A stretch of DNA of 64,000 nt from an uncultured delta proteobacterium (GCA_963736855.1 CAVTQK010000021.1:672001-736000), one strand, 5' to 3'. Positions 1 to 11,114 are shown, numbered from the stretch's first letter. Notes: generated by a model from the letters alone, not told the origin. A program made the numbers and translations.

Positions 1-665
1 GGAAAACCCGGGATGGTGTGGTCCACCGGGCAAAGATCATCCAGACGCAGACACCCGTGAATCCGGGGAGTTCCGGCGGGCCTCTATTTAATGATCAGGG
101 GCAGTTGATCGGAATCAATTCTTTTGTCAGGACAGGTACCGAGGGATTGAACTATGCGGTGGCCGTGGATGAAATTAAAGCCTTTTTATCGGAAAAAATC
201 GTTCATGACACCGTTCCGCCACAGGTGAGCGGTAAGATTCGGTGCAGCGAAGCCTATGATTCCACAGGAGAGGGATGGAATAATATTCTGGGCTGCTATT
301 TCGCCGGAAGAAAACCTCCCCCGGATTTTTGGTCTGTATTGCCTTCTGCAGATGGACCCGCACTGTATGTATTGTTTGACTCTCACAAAGACGGGCTGAT
401 TGATACGCTTATCACCAGCGAGGAAAATGAATGGTTGAAAATGGCCTATTTTATGGACAAGGATTGTGATGGAATCATCGATTTAATCGGACTCCAGAAT
501 AGCGGTGAACACGACATTTCAAGCTATAAAAAACCACCAAAAAGAATTACGCTCTTGGAATTGGCGGGGGAGTTTGCAGACGCCATCAGACAGAAAAAGA
601 TCCCTTATCCCGGGCTCAAACTTCTGCCGCTGATCGTAATCGTTCACCCAGACTCAGCCGTTTAA
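1..665 (+). CDS. Trypsin-like (S1C/HtrA-type) serine protease, 5'-truncated by window edge, with C-terminal Dx[DN]xDG-like acidic loops
   Basis: IQTQTPVNPGSSGGPLFNDQGQLIGINSF matches the trypsin-2 catalytic Ser region. C-terminal DSHKDGLID and DKDCDGIID resemble Ca-binding loops. The N-terminal His/Asp part is not in the window. Confidence 0.75.
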   Translation, partial: KTRDGVVHRAKIIQTQTPVNPGSSGGPLFNDQGQLIGINSFVRTGTEGLNYAVAVDEIKAFLSEKIVHDTVPPQVSGKIRCSEAYDSTGEGWNNILGCYFAGRKPPPDFWSVLPSADGPALYVLFDSHKDGLIDTLITSEENEWLKMAYFMDKDCDGIIDLIGLQNSGEHDISSYKKPPKRITLLELAGEFADAIRQKKIPYPGLKLLPLIVIVHPDSAV

Positions 666-706
666 AGCGGGTCAGCGGTATGCTTTCTAAAAAAGGAACG
701 AACCCT

Positions 707-3700
707 ATGCGCCTCTTTCGCGGGTTTATTACCATTCTGATGGTATCCCTGCTTTGTGCTCTTTCCCCTGGATTCGCTTATCTTGAGGAAAGCGATTCTA
801 ATGCCATAGACAGGTTGGTTGCCGATGTGGAACTCCTCGAGAGGGAAGGCAAATATATCGAGGCGATTTCCGCAGCACAGGAAGTCTTGGAATTGGAACA
901 AAAGACCTACGGTTCTGAAAGCCTTCAGGTTGCCGGAACGTTGCATTGGATCGGCAGGCTCTACGAGCAGATGGGAAGCCAGGCCGATTCCATCCAATTT
1001 TTCAGGAAATCTTATGATATTTATAGCACAGCCCTTTCTAAAGATCCGGATCAAATAAAAGACCCCCATGTCCTGATTGATGTCGGCACACTGTGCGTGC
1101 GATTCAAAGACCATTCAAAGGCGGAGCGCTATCTCTCGCTGGCGCTGAGGATAAGAGAGGAAAAATTGGGGCCGGATCATCCCGATGTGGGTAACGTGAT
1201 AGCCCATCTGGCCTATTTATACGAGAACATGGGTGATCGGGAAAAGGCGCTGTCCCTGTACCAAAGATCCCTGCAAATTGCCGAAAAAGCCCATGGCCCG
1301 GATCATCCTCAAGTCGCGGACTACCTGTGGTCATTGGCCGGGTTTTATCAAGAAACACGGCAATGCTCACTGAAGCCTTGCCGCTTTTAAAAAGACTCCT
1401 TGCGATCAAAATGAAATCGGTGGGCGAAAATCATCCCGAAGTCGGCAATGTCTACAACGCATTGGCTTGGGCTTATATGGATATCGGCGATTTTGAAAAC
1501 GCGGAAACTTGCTACAAGGAGTCTTTAAAAATAATCGGCCGCCACTTTGGCGATGAAAACGCCATGACAGGTACTGTCTTGATCAACCTGGCATTTCTTT
1601 ACGAAAAGCAAAACAAATATGAAAAAGCCGGCGAGCATTACGAAAAAGCGCTTGAGATCAATGAAAAAGCGCTGGGCGCTGAAAGTGAAAAGGTGAGATT
1701 GGATCGAAAGTATCTGGCGTTCTTTTTAAAAAAACACGGCGATTTTGAAAAAGCGCTCCCCTTGCTCAAAAAAACTCTGGTTGTCGAGGAAGAAAAGTAC
1801 GGACCGGAGTCTCAGCAGTTGGCAGGACGTTGAGTGAATTGGCCGAGGTTTATAAAAACCTTCGCAGACTATCATCATGCCAAAGACCTTTATGTGCGGT
1901 TGTTGAAAATAGAAGAAAAGATCCTGGATCCAAAAGATACCCGTCTGGCAATGGACCATGAATGACATAGCCCTTTGCCATTACGATCTTGGCAATCTTT
2001 CAGAAGCAAAAGCCTTTTACGAACGATCCCACGATTTGATTACTGAGTCGCTAGACAGTCTTCACCCGAATCTTCAACCAGCATTGCAAGGGCTGGCCCT
2101 GGTCTGTGAGCGCATGGGTGATTACAAAACAGCGGAGACTCACTTAAAAGCCTCGCTGGATATCAGCAAAAATGCCTTTGGACCTGAGCACCCCTCTTTT
2201 GCCTCAGCGTTAAATAGTCTCGCATCGTTTTTTAAAAGAATCGGGGATTATCCCAAAGCAGAATCCACTTATAAAAAAGCTTTGGAAATACAGGGAAAAG
2301 CAACGGGAACGGAATCGTTGGAATATGCGGACTCTTTATTATCCCTTGGTTTTTATTATCAAACAATTGGAGATTATAAAAAATCAGAGAGTTTTTTCAA
2401 ACAAGCATTGAAGCTTCGGGAAAATCTCTTTGGAAAAGACCATCCGCATGTTGCAGACGCTCTGAATACACTGGCTTCTCACTATGGATTCTTAGGTAAT
2501 CTGGATGAGGCCCTGACCTGTGCCGCAAGAGCCCTTGAAATAAATGAAAGGAATTTGCCTGATAATCATCCGAAAAAGGCTGACAGCTATAAAGCCATGG
2601 CTAATATTTACACTTACAAAAGGGAATTTGAAAAAGCAGATCTGTATTTGAAAAAAGCTTTAGAGGTTACGGAAAAAGCATTCGGCTCCGGGCATCCCCG
2701 GGTTGCGCATTGCCTTGTTGATCTAGGAGGGCTCAAGAAGGCATCTGGAAATTATGATCAGGCCGAACAATTTTACAAACGGGCAGTTCAAATCGTTGAA
2801 AATAAATTTGGTCAGGATTCTTTGGACGTGACCCACCCGCTGTTTTTTTTGGCGAGTGCGTATCGTTTTTCGGGTAAAAATAGCGAGGCGCTTGAACTGC
2901 TCGAACGTATCGCGCGGATCAAGCAAACAGCTTTTGGCGACATTCATCCGGAATTGTCCGCGGCTTTCTACCAGCTTGCTGAATGCTACGATGCCATGGG
3001 CCGGACGGAAACCGCTTTTCAATATTTTAAAAAATCCCAGGAAATCGACAACACAATTCTAGAAAAAGTGATCGGATGGATGCCGGAGGAACAGCAGATC
3101 GCTTTTCTGTTAAAAAACAGGACACGCTTGTCCACTTATCTGCTTTATCTTGCAGCCCACTTTAGAGAACGATAATCGTGAAATCCGTGCGTTTTTAGAT
3201 ATATGGTTCAAAAGAAAAGGGATGTCCCTGGAAGCTCAAAGGCGGAACCGGGAAGCACTGATCGTTCAGGACAGCGTTGAGGCAAAGCAAATATTTCAGG
3301 AAATTTCCGCCGTCAGTTCAAAAATATCAAATTTGCTGTTCAGCGGACCGGGTGAGACTCCGCCGGATGTTTACCGGAAAAAAATACAGGCTTTTGAAAG
3401 TGCAAGAGAAAGCCTGGAATCCAGGCTCATCAATTTGAGCCGTGCGTTGGTGTTGGAAAAGCAGGAGGCCGAGGTTGATTGTGATACAATCATCAGTTCA
3501 CTTCCGAAAAACGCTGTGCTTTTGGAATTCGTCGCAACTCCAACAGTGTTGTCGTTTGCAAAGGACGAGGACAAAGAACTTCAGAAGGGCCATTACTTTG
3601 CTTTCATATTGTTTCCCGGCATGCCGGACAAGGTCCGTTGGAGTTACCTCGGCCGTGCATATGGGATCGATCAAAAGGTGGCTTCCCTGCGACGGGAAAT

Positions 3701-4778
3701 TGCGACAATGGGAAAAAATGCCGAGAAACTTTCCCGCGAGCTTTACGATATTGTATTTGCGCCGATTGAAAAAAAACTGGGCGAAACCAAAGAGATATTC
3801 ATATCCCCGGACGGCAATCTGAACCTGGTCCCTTTTGAGGTTCTGGTAGATAAAAACGGGAGATATCTCATCGAAAAATATACGTTTAATTATTTATCCG
3901 CTGCAAGGGAGCTGGTTCGTTTTGGGAAAGTCGAAGCTAAAAATGAAACAGCCGTCCTGATAGGCGACCCGGATTTCGATCTGACCCCCGATCAAAAAAA
4001 GCCATACCTGGCGAAACAGGGCTTGACGCGGACAGAAGCTTCCGGGATCAGCATGCGCTCTCCGGACATGAAGTCGCTTCATTTTAGCAGGCTGCCGGGG
4101 GCCAAGGATGAATTGGAAGAAATAAACCGTATCCTGAAAGACCACTTTCAATCGGAGTCTTACACCGGCCTCGATGCGCTCGAAGAAACGCTTAAAAAGA
4201 AAAGTCGTCCGAAGATGCTTCATCTTGCCACCCATGGCTTTTTCATGGAAGATGTTGAATATGACGGCGCCGGGGATCCCTATTCGAATGAAAGCTTGGC
4301 GTCGAAGCCGGAATTGGACAGGCATATCCTCAGCAGGCCGATGCTACGCTCGGGATTCGTACTTGCCGGTGCAAACAATGCAGAAAAATTACATGATGAA
4401 AACATGGAGGACGGAGTTGTCACTGCGGAAGAAATCCAGGGGCTTAATCTCTGGGGAACCGATATGGTTGTTCTTTCGGCATGCAATACGGGCCTCGGGG
4501 AAGTTCAGACGGGTGAAGGGGTGTTCGGTTTGAGGCGCGCGTTTTCAATGGCAGGCGCAAAAAGCCTGATTATGAGCATGTGGAATGTGCCGGATAAGGA
4601 AACAAAGGAATTGATGGTGGCTTTTTATAAGAACGTCATGTCAGGGAAAATGAACCGGTGCCAGGCTCTCAGACAGGCGGCCCTGGCTGAGATGAAAGTC
4701 GCAGAGGAACGTTACGGCAGCCCCTATCCCTTTGTCTGGGGCGCATTTGTCTTTATCGGAGACCCAGGATCATATTAA
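707..4778 (+). CDS. Large TPR-repeat + CHAT (caspase-like) protease with N-terminal signal peptide; broken by about 5 frameshifts (assembly error or pseudogene)
   Basis: ORFs 680-1390, 1327-1833, 1958-3175 and 3150-4778 carry kinesin-light-chain-type TPRs (GPDHPDV, GPEHPSFA, GKDHPHVA). They end in a CHAT domain with LHLATHGFF and VVLSACNTG (His/Cys dyad) and YPFVWGAF. TPR sequence continues across the breaks in other frames (about 1356, 1815, 1862, 1954, 3167). Confidence 0.85.
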
Positions 4779-4879
4779 CTGAAAAAGCGATGAAAACAGC
4801 CCTCATGTTAAGGATTTCTCGCTCAAGCCGAGCACTGAATCTTGATCATTCGTTGCACTCGTATAATTTTAAAAGCTGA

Positions 4880-5245
4880 GGGGTAGAACCCGAAAATACA
4901 ATCCGGATCGGTACCGGTCCAGATTACGAGCGGGTCGTCATGGACACCAAATGGAAAATTCCAGGTGACGGTAGACCAGGGGATGCTGATTTGCAGCAAA
5001 TGCACTCATTCAATATCCAATTCGGTGCCCAACGAAGTCTTCTTCTTTATCCGAAAGCCGGCAGCCAAGCGGATATTCAAGGAAGATTTTCCAAAGGCAA
5101 AGCACTTCCGCCATCTTTTGACCACAACTGTGAAATGGTGTTTCTTGATCTTTTCGAAGGCAATAAATTACGACGCGATCTTGGGCAAGATCTTGTCGCG
5201 ATGCTTAGAAGTTCGGGCAGGCAGTCCAATCCATTGCATGGATAA
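4880..5245 (+). pseudogene. mcrC: C-terminal remnant of McrC-family PD-(D/E)xK restriction nuclease
   Basis: VVMDTKWK...DADLQQM...LLLYP matches the McrC C-terminal motifs (DTKWK, DLxQM, LLYP). There is an in-frame TGA at 4877-4879 and no N-terminal part or mcrB. Confidence 0.6.
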
Positions 5246-5419
5246 AATCCCAAAAAGACGCCAAACTAAAATTCCCCCATGACTTTTCAACGATAACATC
5301 CTTTCCCATTTGAAGTCCGCATTCGTTTAGTTCCCTTGGCGAGGCGCTTTCTCTCGTCCAAAGAATCAAATTTTATGTGATTATTTGTAATAAAATAATA
5401 TTTTTTGTAAGATTTTTTC

Positions 5420-5448
5420 TTGACACCTGGGATTCGGTCATTTATAAT
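5420..5448 (+). promoter_or_regulatory. Consensus sigma70 promoter
   Basis: TTGACA (5420-5425), 17-bp spacer, TATAAT (5443-5448). RBS AGGAGG lies upstream of ATG 5475. Confidence 0.85.
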
Positions 5449-5460
5449 AATAATGACCGA
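5434..5460. promoter_or_regulatory. Palindromic operator candidate bracketing the -10 box
   Basis: TCGGTCATT-N9-AATGACCGA is a perfect 9-bp inverted repeat. Confidence 0.65.
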
Positions 5461-5474
5461 CAGAAGGAGGTGTT

Positions 5475-6395
5475 ATGCCCGAAGAAATCATGATGAACAC
5501 CAAGCAGGTTGCCAAGTATTTGGGGGTTCATGAGAAGCAGGTCTATTCCTTAGTCAGATCCAAACGGATCCCTTCCACCAAAATCACCGGGAAGTGGGTT
5601 TTTCCCAAGAGACTCATTGACGAATGGATCGAGACCCATGCAAGACAGCGGCTTGAAAATGCCAGGGAGAGGAGCAGCCGCATGGGTGGAGCCCTGCTCG
5701 CATGCGGCAGCAATGATCCGATCCTCGACATGCTCCATACCACCATGAAAAAAGTCCATCCGGAATTCCTGATCTTATCGGCGAATACGGGAAGTACCGA
5801 AGGATTAAAGGCTTTGAACAGCGGCTTCACGGATCTGGCCTGGTCCCACCTTCTGGATCCTAAAAGCGGACAATACAACATTCCATTCCTCCCCATCTAT
5901 CTCCCCGATGTTAAAGCGGTGGTTGTGAACCTTTTTCACAGGGAGTTAGGGTTGATCATGGCTCCTGGGAACCCATTCGGCATCCAGGGTTTTGAGGATC
6001 TGAGCAAAAAGGGGGTCCGATTGATCAACCGCCAGGAGGGGTCGGGCACAAGGGTACTACTGGATCATCATCTCAAACAGGCAAAGATCCCTTCTTCCAA
6101 GATCGAGGGATATGACAAAGAGGTCTATACACACTTCGAGGTCGGCCTTTCAATCCTCTCAAAGGAGGCAAATGCAGGAATCGCCACCATCGCCATCGCC
6201 AAACTCCTGGGCTTACCTTTCATTCCCATCGCCCAAGAGAGTTTTGATATGATCCTCGAACAAAAAACATTTTTCCACAAAGGGATTCAGGCCTTTATTG
6301 AGGTTCTGAATTCAAGAGAGTTCCGACAAAAGGTAGAACCCTTGGGGGCCTATGATTTTAAAGATTCCGGAAAAATCGTCTATTCCGCCAATTGA
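5475..6395 (+). CDS. Excisionase-type HTH + periplasmic-binding-protein-fold transcriptional regulator (TaoR-like, Mo/W responsive)
   Basis: N-terminal MNTKQVAKYLGVHEKQVY...KITGKWVFP HTH_17 motif. PBP domain with GSND, GSTEGL and INRQEGSGTR. It heads the tup operon. Confidence 0.8.
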   Translation: MPEEIMMNTKQVAKYLGVHEKQVYSLVRSKRIPSTKITGKWVFPKRLIDEWIETHARQRLENARERSSRMGGALLACGSNDPILDMLHTTMKKVHPEFLILSANTGSTEGLKALNSGFTDLAWSHLLDPKSGQYNIPFLPIYLPDVKAVVVNLFHRELGLIMAPGNPFGIQGFEDLSKKGVRLINRQEGSGTRVLLDHHLKQAKIPSSKIEGYDKEVYTHFEVGLSILSKEANAGIATIAIAKLLGLPFIPIAQESFDMILEQKTFFHKGIQAFIEVLNSREFRQKVEPLGAYDFKDSGKIVYSAN

Positions 6396-6411
6396 TGAAA
6401 GGAGGTTATTG

Positions 6412-7277
6412 ATGAGAGAGATGAAGAAGTGGTTTTTTCTAGGAATCGTCTGTTTGTTGTGCGCTTGCGCAACCGCGGCCAATCTGGGAGGAAGCAAGTT
6501 TGTTCTTCTTTCCAGCACCATCGGACCCATTGATGCGGGTGTGGTGGATGTTTTGGAGACCGCTTTTGAGAAGGAAACCGGAATCCGGGTGCGCCATGTG
6601 GGATCAGGGACCGGAGCGGCGCTCGACCTGGCCCGCAAAGGGCAGATCGATCTGGTCATGGTTCACGCCAAGGCTCTTGAAGAGAAGTTCGTGGCAGAGG
6701 GATTCGGAACCGAACGGTTCGATCTGATGTACAATGACTTTGTCATCGTCGGCCCTCCGAATGATCCGGCAGGGATCAAAGGCCTGAAGCTGGCCGGAGA
6801 TGCCTTGAAAAAGATTGCGGAAAAGGGCGCGCCCTTCATCAGCCGCGGGGACAAGTCAGGGACCCATGTGGCGGAAATGGATCTTTGGAAAAACGCAGGC
6901 ATCAAACCATCCGGCTCCTGGTACCAGGTCTACGAAAAAGGCTCCACAGGAAATGCCCCAACCCTGAAGTACACGGATGAGAAGTCGGCCTACACGGTCA
7001 TGGACCGGGCGACCTTCCTGACCCTCCAGAAACAGATCAAACTGGTGATTCTGGTGGAAAAGGACGAGGCGCTGCTCAACTTCATCAGCCTGATCCCGGT
7101 AAACCCGAAGAAGTTTCCGAAGGCCAACTACCAGGATGCCATGGCTTTCGTGAAATGGCTCACCTCCCTGAAAAGGGCCAGAAAATCATCAGGGAATTTG
7201 GAAAGGACAAATACGGGAGTCCTCTCTTTTTCCCCAACTCTAAGGAGTGGCGACAAACCCAGGGCGGAAAAAGCTAA
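6412..7277 (+). CDS. tupA: Tungstate ABC transporter substrate-binding protein, atypical paralogue (frameshift near 7166)
   Basis: GSGTGAAL, DLVMVHA, MYNDFVIVGP, SRGDKSGTH. The natural C-terminus (PEKGQKIIREFGKDKYGSPLFFPN...TAA 7275-7277) is in a shifted frame after a C run. Confidence 0.8.
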
Positions 7278-7304
7278 TGCATCTTTTTGAAGGGAGGAAA
7301 AGTG

Positions 7305-8159
7305 ATGAAGAAGTTATGTTATGTATCGTTCATATTTTTGGGACTTCTCGCACTAGTCACGGCATGGGCTCTGTGAGCCCAGGCCCAGGAGAAGACTCTC
7401 ATCCTGGCTACCACGACCAGCACACAGGACACAGGGCTTTTGGATGTCCTGATCCCCATCTTTGAAAAAAAGACGGGCTACTTTGTAAAGACCATTGCCG
7501 TGGGCTCCGGGCAGGCCATGACCATGGGCCAAAAGGGGGAGGCGGACGTGCTGCTGGTCCATTCTCCTGCGGCAGAGAAGAAGTTCATGGATGACGGATT
7601 CGGGGTCAGCCGAAGGCTCGTCATGCACAATGACTTCGTTCTGGTGGGGCCTGCTGAAGATCCGGCCAAGATCAAAGGGCTGAAATCCGCAGCAGAGGCC
7701 CTCAAGAAAATTGCCTCAACCCAGGCGCTGTTCCTGTCGAGGGGAGACAACTCCGGGACCCATGCAAAAGAAAAGGATGTCTGGAAAGTGGCAGAGGTGA
7801 AGTATGAAGGCGAGAAGTGGTATCAACAGACCGGCCTCGGAATGGGGCAGACCCTGAATGTGGCGGCTGAAAAGAAGGGCTACACGCTTACCGATCGCGG
7901 GACCTATCTGGCCTTGGCAAAAAACATGAAGCTGGGCATTCTTGTTGAAGGGGATGCCGTGCTCCTCAACATTTACCATGTCATGGAAGTCAACCAGGCC
8001 AAGTGGCCCAAAGTGAACATTGCGGCGGCAAAAGCTTTTGCGGATTTCATGGTCTCCAAGGAAACTCAGGAGATCATCAAGACCTTCGGCGTGGACAAAT
8101 ATGGATCTCCTCTCTTCTTCCCGGATGCGGGCAAGAAGGTGGAGGATTTGGGGAAGTAG
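7305..8159 (+). CDS. tupA: Tungstate ABC transporter substrate-binding protein, canonical (in-frame TGA at codon 24)
   Basis: ATG 7305 with GGAGG RBS is in frame with ORF 7440-8159. A signal peptide, TGA at 7374-7376, then ILATTTSTQDTGLL (TTTS signature) and SRGDNSGTH. Confidence 0.85.
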
Positions 8160-8858
8160 ATGGATCTGATTCTTGAAGGAATAAAGAAGGCTTTCTGGCT
8201 TCTGGTCACGTTTGATCCGGAGGTATTGGGGATCACGCTCCTTTCCCTGAAGGTTTCAGGAACTGCTACGCTGATCAGTCTCGTACTGGGTATATCGGTG
8301 GGGGCCAGTGTGGCCCTCACCCGTTTCCCAGGCCGCAGAGTTGCGGTAAGCCTGATCAACACGGGCATGGCGCTTCCACCTGTGGTAGTAGGCCTCTTCG
8401 TCACCATCTTCCTCTGGAGAAACGGACCCCTCGGAGTCTTGGGAATCCTTTACACGCCTCTGGCCATGATCATCGCCCAGGCGGTTATCGCAACGCCCAT
8501 CGTCACGGGTATCACGTTGGCCGCGGTTCAACAGCTTCCGGGAAAGCTTCGTCTTCAGATTCTCGCTCTCGGCGCCACCCGCCTCCAAATGGTCTGGATT
8601 CTGGTCAAGGAGGCCAGACTCTCCCTGCTTGCGGCGGTCATGGCAGGATTCGGAGGGGTGATTTCAGAGGTCGGGGCATCCATTATGGTCGGTGGTAACA
8701 TTAAAGGGTACTCCCGCGTTCTCACCACTGCTACGGTCATGGAAACGGGCCGGGGTAATTTCGATGTGGCTATCGCTCTCTCCATTATCCTGCTCTTGCT
8801 CGCCTATTTGATCAACCTGGTGCTTACTCAGGTACAACAGCGCGAGAGGCCGCGGTGA
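8160..8858 (+). CDS. tupB: Tungstate ABC transporter permease
   Basis: Hydrophobic protein with ALPPVVVGL, SEVGASIMVGGNI and RVLTTA motifs, in operon position. Confidence 0.9.
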   Translation: MDLILEGIKKAFWLLVTFDPEVLGITLLSLKVSGTATLISLVLGISVGASVALTRFPGRRVAVSLINTGMALPPVVVGLFVTIFLWRNGPLGVLGILYTPLAMIIAQAVIATPIVTGITLAAVQQLPGKLRLQILALGATRLQMVWILVKEARLSLLAAVMAGFGGVISEVGASIMVGGNIKGYSRVLTTATVMETGRGNFDVAIALSIILLLLAYLINLVLTQVQQRERPR

Positions 8859-9964
8859 CCGCTTCGACGCCGGTCTTTGAGGCCAGGGACCTCCAGGTCA
8901 TCAAGGGAGGGTCTCTGATCCTTAAAATCCCATCCTTTGCCGTCTCAGAAGGGGAAATTCTTGTCCTCATCGGTCCGAACGGTGCCGGGAAAAGCACCCT
9001 TCTTCAAGCCCTTTCCGCCCTGTTAAAGCCCACCCGCGGATACATCTTTTTCAGGGGCCAAAAAATCGGTACGGATATTCCCCTGCTCGAGTATCGTAGA
9101 AGGCTTGCCATGATCCTCCAGGAACCTCTTCTCTTTGATACGACGGTATTCAACAACGTTGCGAGCGGCCTGAAAATCCGGGGCATGAGAAGGAATGAAA
9201 TCGAACCGATTGTGGAAAGGGCTTTGAAGCGCTTCGGAATTGCTCACCTGAAGGATCGTTCTGCGCGAACCCTTTCAGGAGGGGAGGCCCGGAGGGTCAG
9301 CCTTGCACGGGCCTTCGCCACGGATCCTGAGATTCTCCTTCTGGATGAGCCCTTTTCAGCCCTTGATCCGATCATGCGGGAGACACTGATCGAGGATCTG
9401 GAACATGTCCTTCGGGAGACCGGAATTACCACCATTTTTGTCACCCACGACCGCATGGAAGCTCTTCGGCTTGCCACCCGGCTTGGTGTGATGCATGCCG
9501 GAGAGATCCTCCAGACCGGCTCACCGGAAGAGGTCATGAATCACCCTGTGAATGAATTTGTCGCTTCTTTGGTGGCGGTTGAAAACATCCTCAAGGGAAA
9601 GGTGATCCGAAGAAACGGCAGGACTTTCTTTGCCTCCGTATCCGGGCAGGAAATCGAAGGGATCGGAGATGTCGGTTTAGGGGAGGAGGTTTCGCTTTGC
9701 ATCCGACCTGAAAACGTGACCCTCTCACCGGTTGGGTCAGGAACCACGGCGACGATGACTAAAATGTTTCCAGGAACGGTCGAGAAAATTACACCGATCG
9801 GTTATTACAGAAAGGCTCAGCTCAACTGCGGATTCCCTCTGGTGGCCTATGTCACCAACCCTTCTTTCAACGATCTCTCTTTGAAGAAAGGGGTGAAAGT
9901 GCTCGCCTCTTTCGACACCATGGCCATTCATGTGATCAGAGAAAGGGCCCCGATTGATCCATGA
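8855..9964 (+). CDS. tupC: Tungstate ABC transporter ATPase with C-terminal TOBE domains
   Basis: Walker A GPNGAGKS, LSGGE, LLLDEPF, VTHD. Overlaps the tupB stop codon. Confidence 0.9.
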   Translation: MTASTPVFEARDLQVIKGGSLILKIPSFAVSEGEILVLIGPNGAGKSTLLQALSALLKPTRGYIFFRGQKIGTDIPLLEYRRRLAMILQEPLLFDTTVFNNVASGLKIRGMRRNEIEPIVERALKRFGIAHLKDRSARTLSGGEARRVSLARAFATDPEILLLDEPFSALDPIMRETLIEDLEHVLRETGITTIFVTHDRMEALRLATRLGVMHAGEILQTGSPEEVMNHPVNEFVASLVAVENILKGKVIRRNGRTFFASVSGQEIEGIGDVGLGEEVSLCIRPENVTLSPVGSGTTATMTKMFPGTVEKITPIGYYRKAQLNCGFPLVAYVTNPSFNDLSLKKGVKVLASFDTMAIHVIRERAPIDP

Positions 9965-9996
9965 TGAATCGGCCGGTTCATTTGCGCCGGCACCAT

Positions 9997-10263
9997 TTAT
10001 TGTGAGGTGGTTTGCGATCCAACAGACGATTCGGTTTTATGAATCAATCTATCTTTTTGCCTTTTTCCGGTCAGCGTTCCGCTTCCTAACAAGGTAACAA
10101 TATAAAATACAACCCCCAATGCCGCTAGGATCGCCAACAGCTTAAACATGGATTTTCTTCTGAAAATTATCAGAAGGGATATGGCGACAATGAATATAAC
10201 AGCGATAACGATATTATTCTGAACCAAGTAGACCACTTTATCCAGCAATTCAACAAATCCCAT
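9997..10263 (-). CDS. Small two-TM membrane protein
   Basis: 88-aa ORF with two hydrophobic helices and a GGAG RBS upstream. Confidence 0.55.
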   Translation of the reverse strand: MGFVELLDKVVYLVQNNIVIAVIFIVAISLLIIFRRKSMFKLLAILAALGVVFYIVTLLGSGTLTGKRQKDRLIHKTESSVGSQTTSQ

Positions 10264-10553
10264 TTCTCTTCTCCAAAAAGAAAAAGGCCTGTTTTATCCT
10301 CATAGAAAATGCAGAGAGCAAAAGATGTGCCAACTCATAGTATACAATGTGTATTATTATTAAATAGTTACATGAATCTGTCGGCTTTAACAAACGGAAC
10401 TTTGTTCGAATTGCATACAAAGGAGCCGAAATTGCAACTTTTTCTGTGCAGTGGGTTGGAATATCCTTTAAAGCGCTTTTGCCATGGTACGCATTTGCAG
10501 GATGTATTTCAGAGGTAATGTGCCTTCAACGAAATCCACTCCATCCGGAGCCA

Positions 10554-11114
10554 TCACCGCTGAAGGCGCTGAAAGAAAAAAAAGGCCAGAAGGACCATGC
10601 CGTGGCGAATTTCCTTTTTTTCGATGAGATCTTCTATTTCTGAAAGCGGCACCCTGACAATCTCCATATCTTCCCCGGCATCCCACTTTTCAGTTCGGAC
10701 ACGCCGGACCCCCCGTGCAAGGTAAAAAATCCCCTTGTTGTCGAGGATTGCCGGTTGCGGAAAGGTGTCCCCCATTTCAATGAAGGTCGCCGCGTCGTAT
10801 CCGGTCTCTTCCAAGAGCTCGCGGCGGGCGGCAGTCTCCGGAGACGGATCTTCGGCATCCACAATCCCTCCCGGCAGCTCCAGGAAGATGGATTCCTGGC
10901 CGTGCCGATATTGGCGCACCATGACGACTTCATTCTCCTGGGTCAAGGGAAGAACCATGACCCAGTCGGCACATCGAATCGCATGAACATTCAAAATCTT
11001 CCCGGTCCTTGGCGAACGAGCTTTCTTTTCCTCCACATCAAATATTCGTCCATTATAGACCGTATTCCTCTGAAGGATCTCCCAGTCTTGCAAAATTTTA
11101 TTTTCACCCGTCAT
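10554..11114 (-). CDS. NUDIX hydrolase (ADP-ribose pyrophosphatase-like)
   Basis: RQYRH...LELPGG...AARRELLEETG Nudix box. Confidence 0.9.
   Translation of the reverse strand: MTGENKILQDWEILQRNTVYNGRIFDVEEKKARSPRTGKILNVHAIRCADWVMVLPLTQENEVVMVRQYRHGQESIFLELPGGIVDAEDPSPETAARRELLEETGYDAATFIEMGDTFPQPAILDNKGIFYLARGVRRVRTEKWDAGEDMEIVRVPLSEIEDLIEKKEIRHGMVLLAFFFFQRLQR

Noticed and set aside
707..4778. TPR-CHAT as the Csx29/Craspase partner of a type III-E CRISPR system
   Set aside because: There is no CRISPR array or Cas7-11 gene in the window, and the protein has a signal peptide and long kinesin-light-chain-type TPR arrays.
7374..7410. Selenocysteine read-through of the tupA-2 TGA (a short CCAGGA...TCCTGG stem follows)
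   Set aside because: The codon lies in a signal peptide with no conserved Cys role, and the stem is explained by coding sequence. A nonsense change or base error is simpler.
10309..10686. Short ORFs between the membrane protein and NUDIX genes
   Set aside because: They have no RBS or motifs and partly overlap the NUDIX gene, so they are probably spurious.
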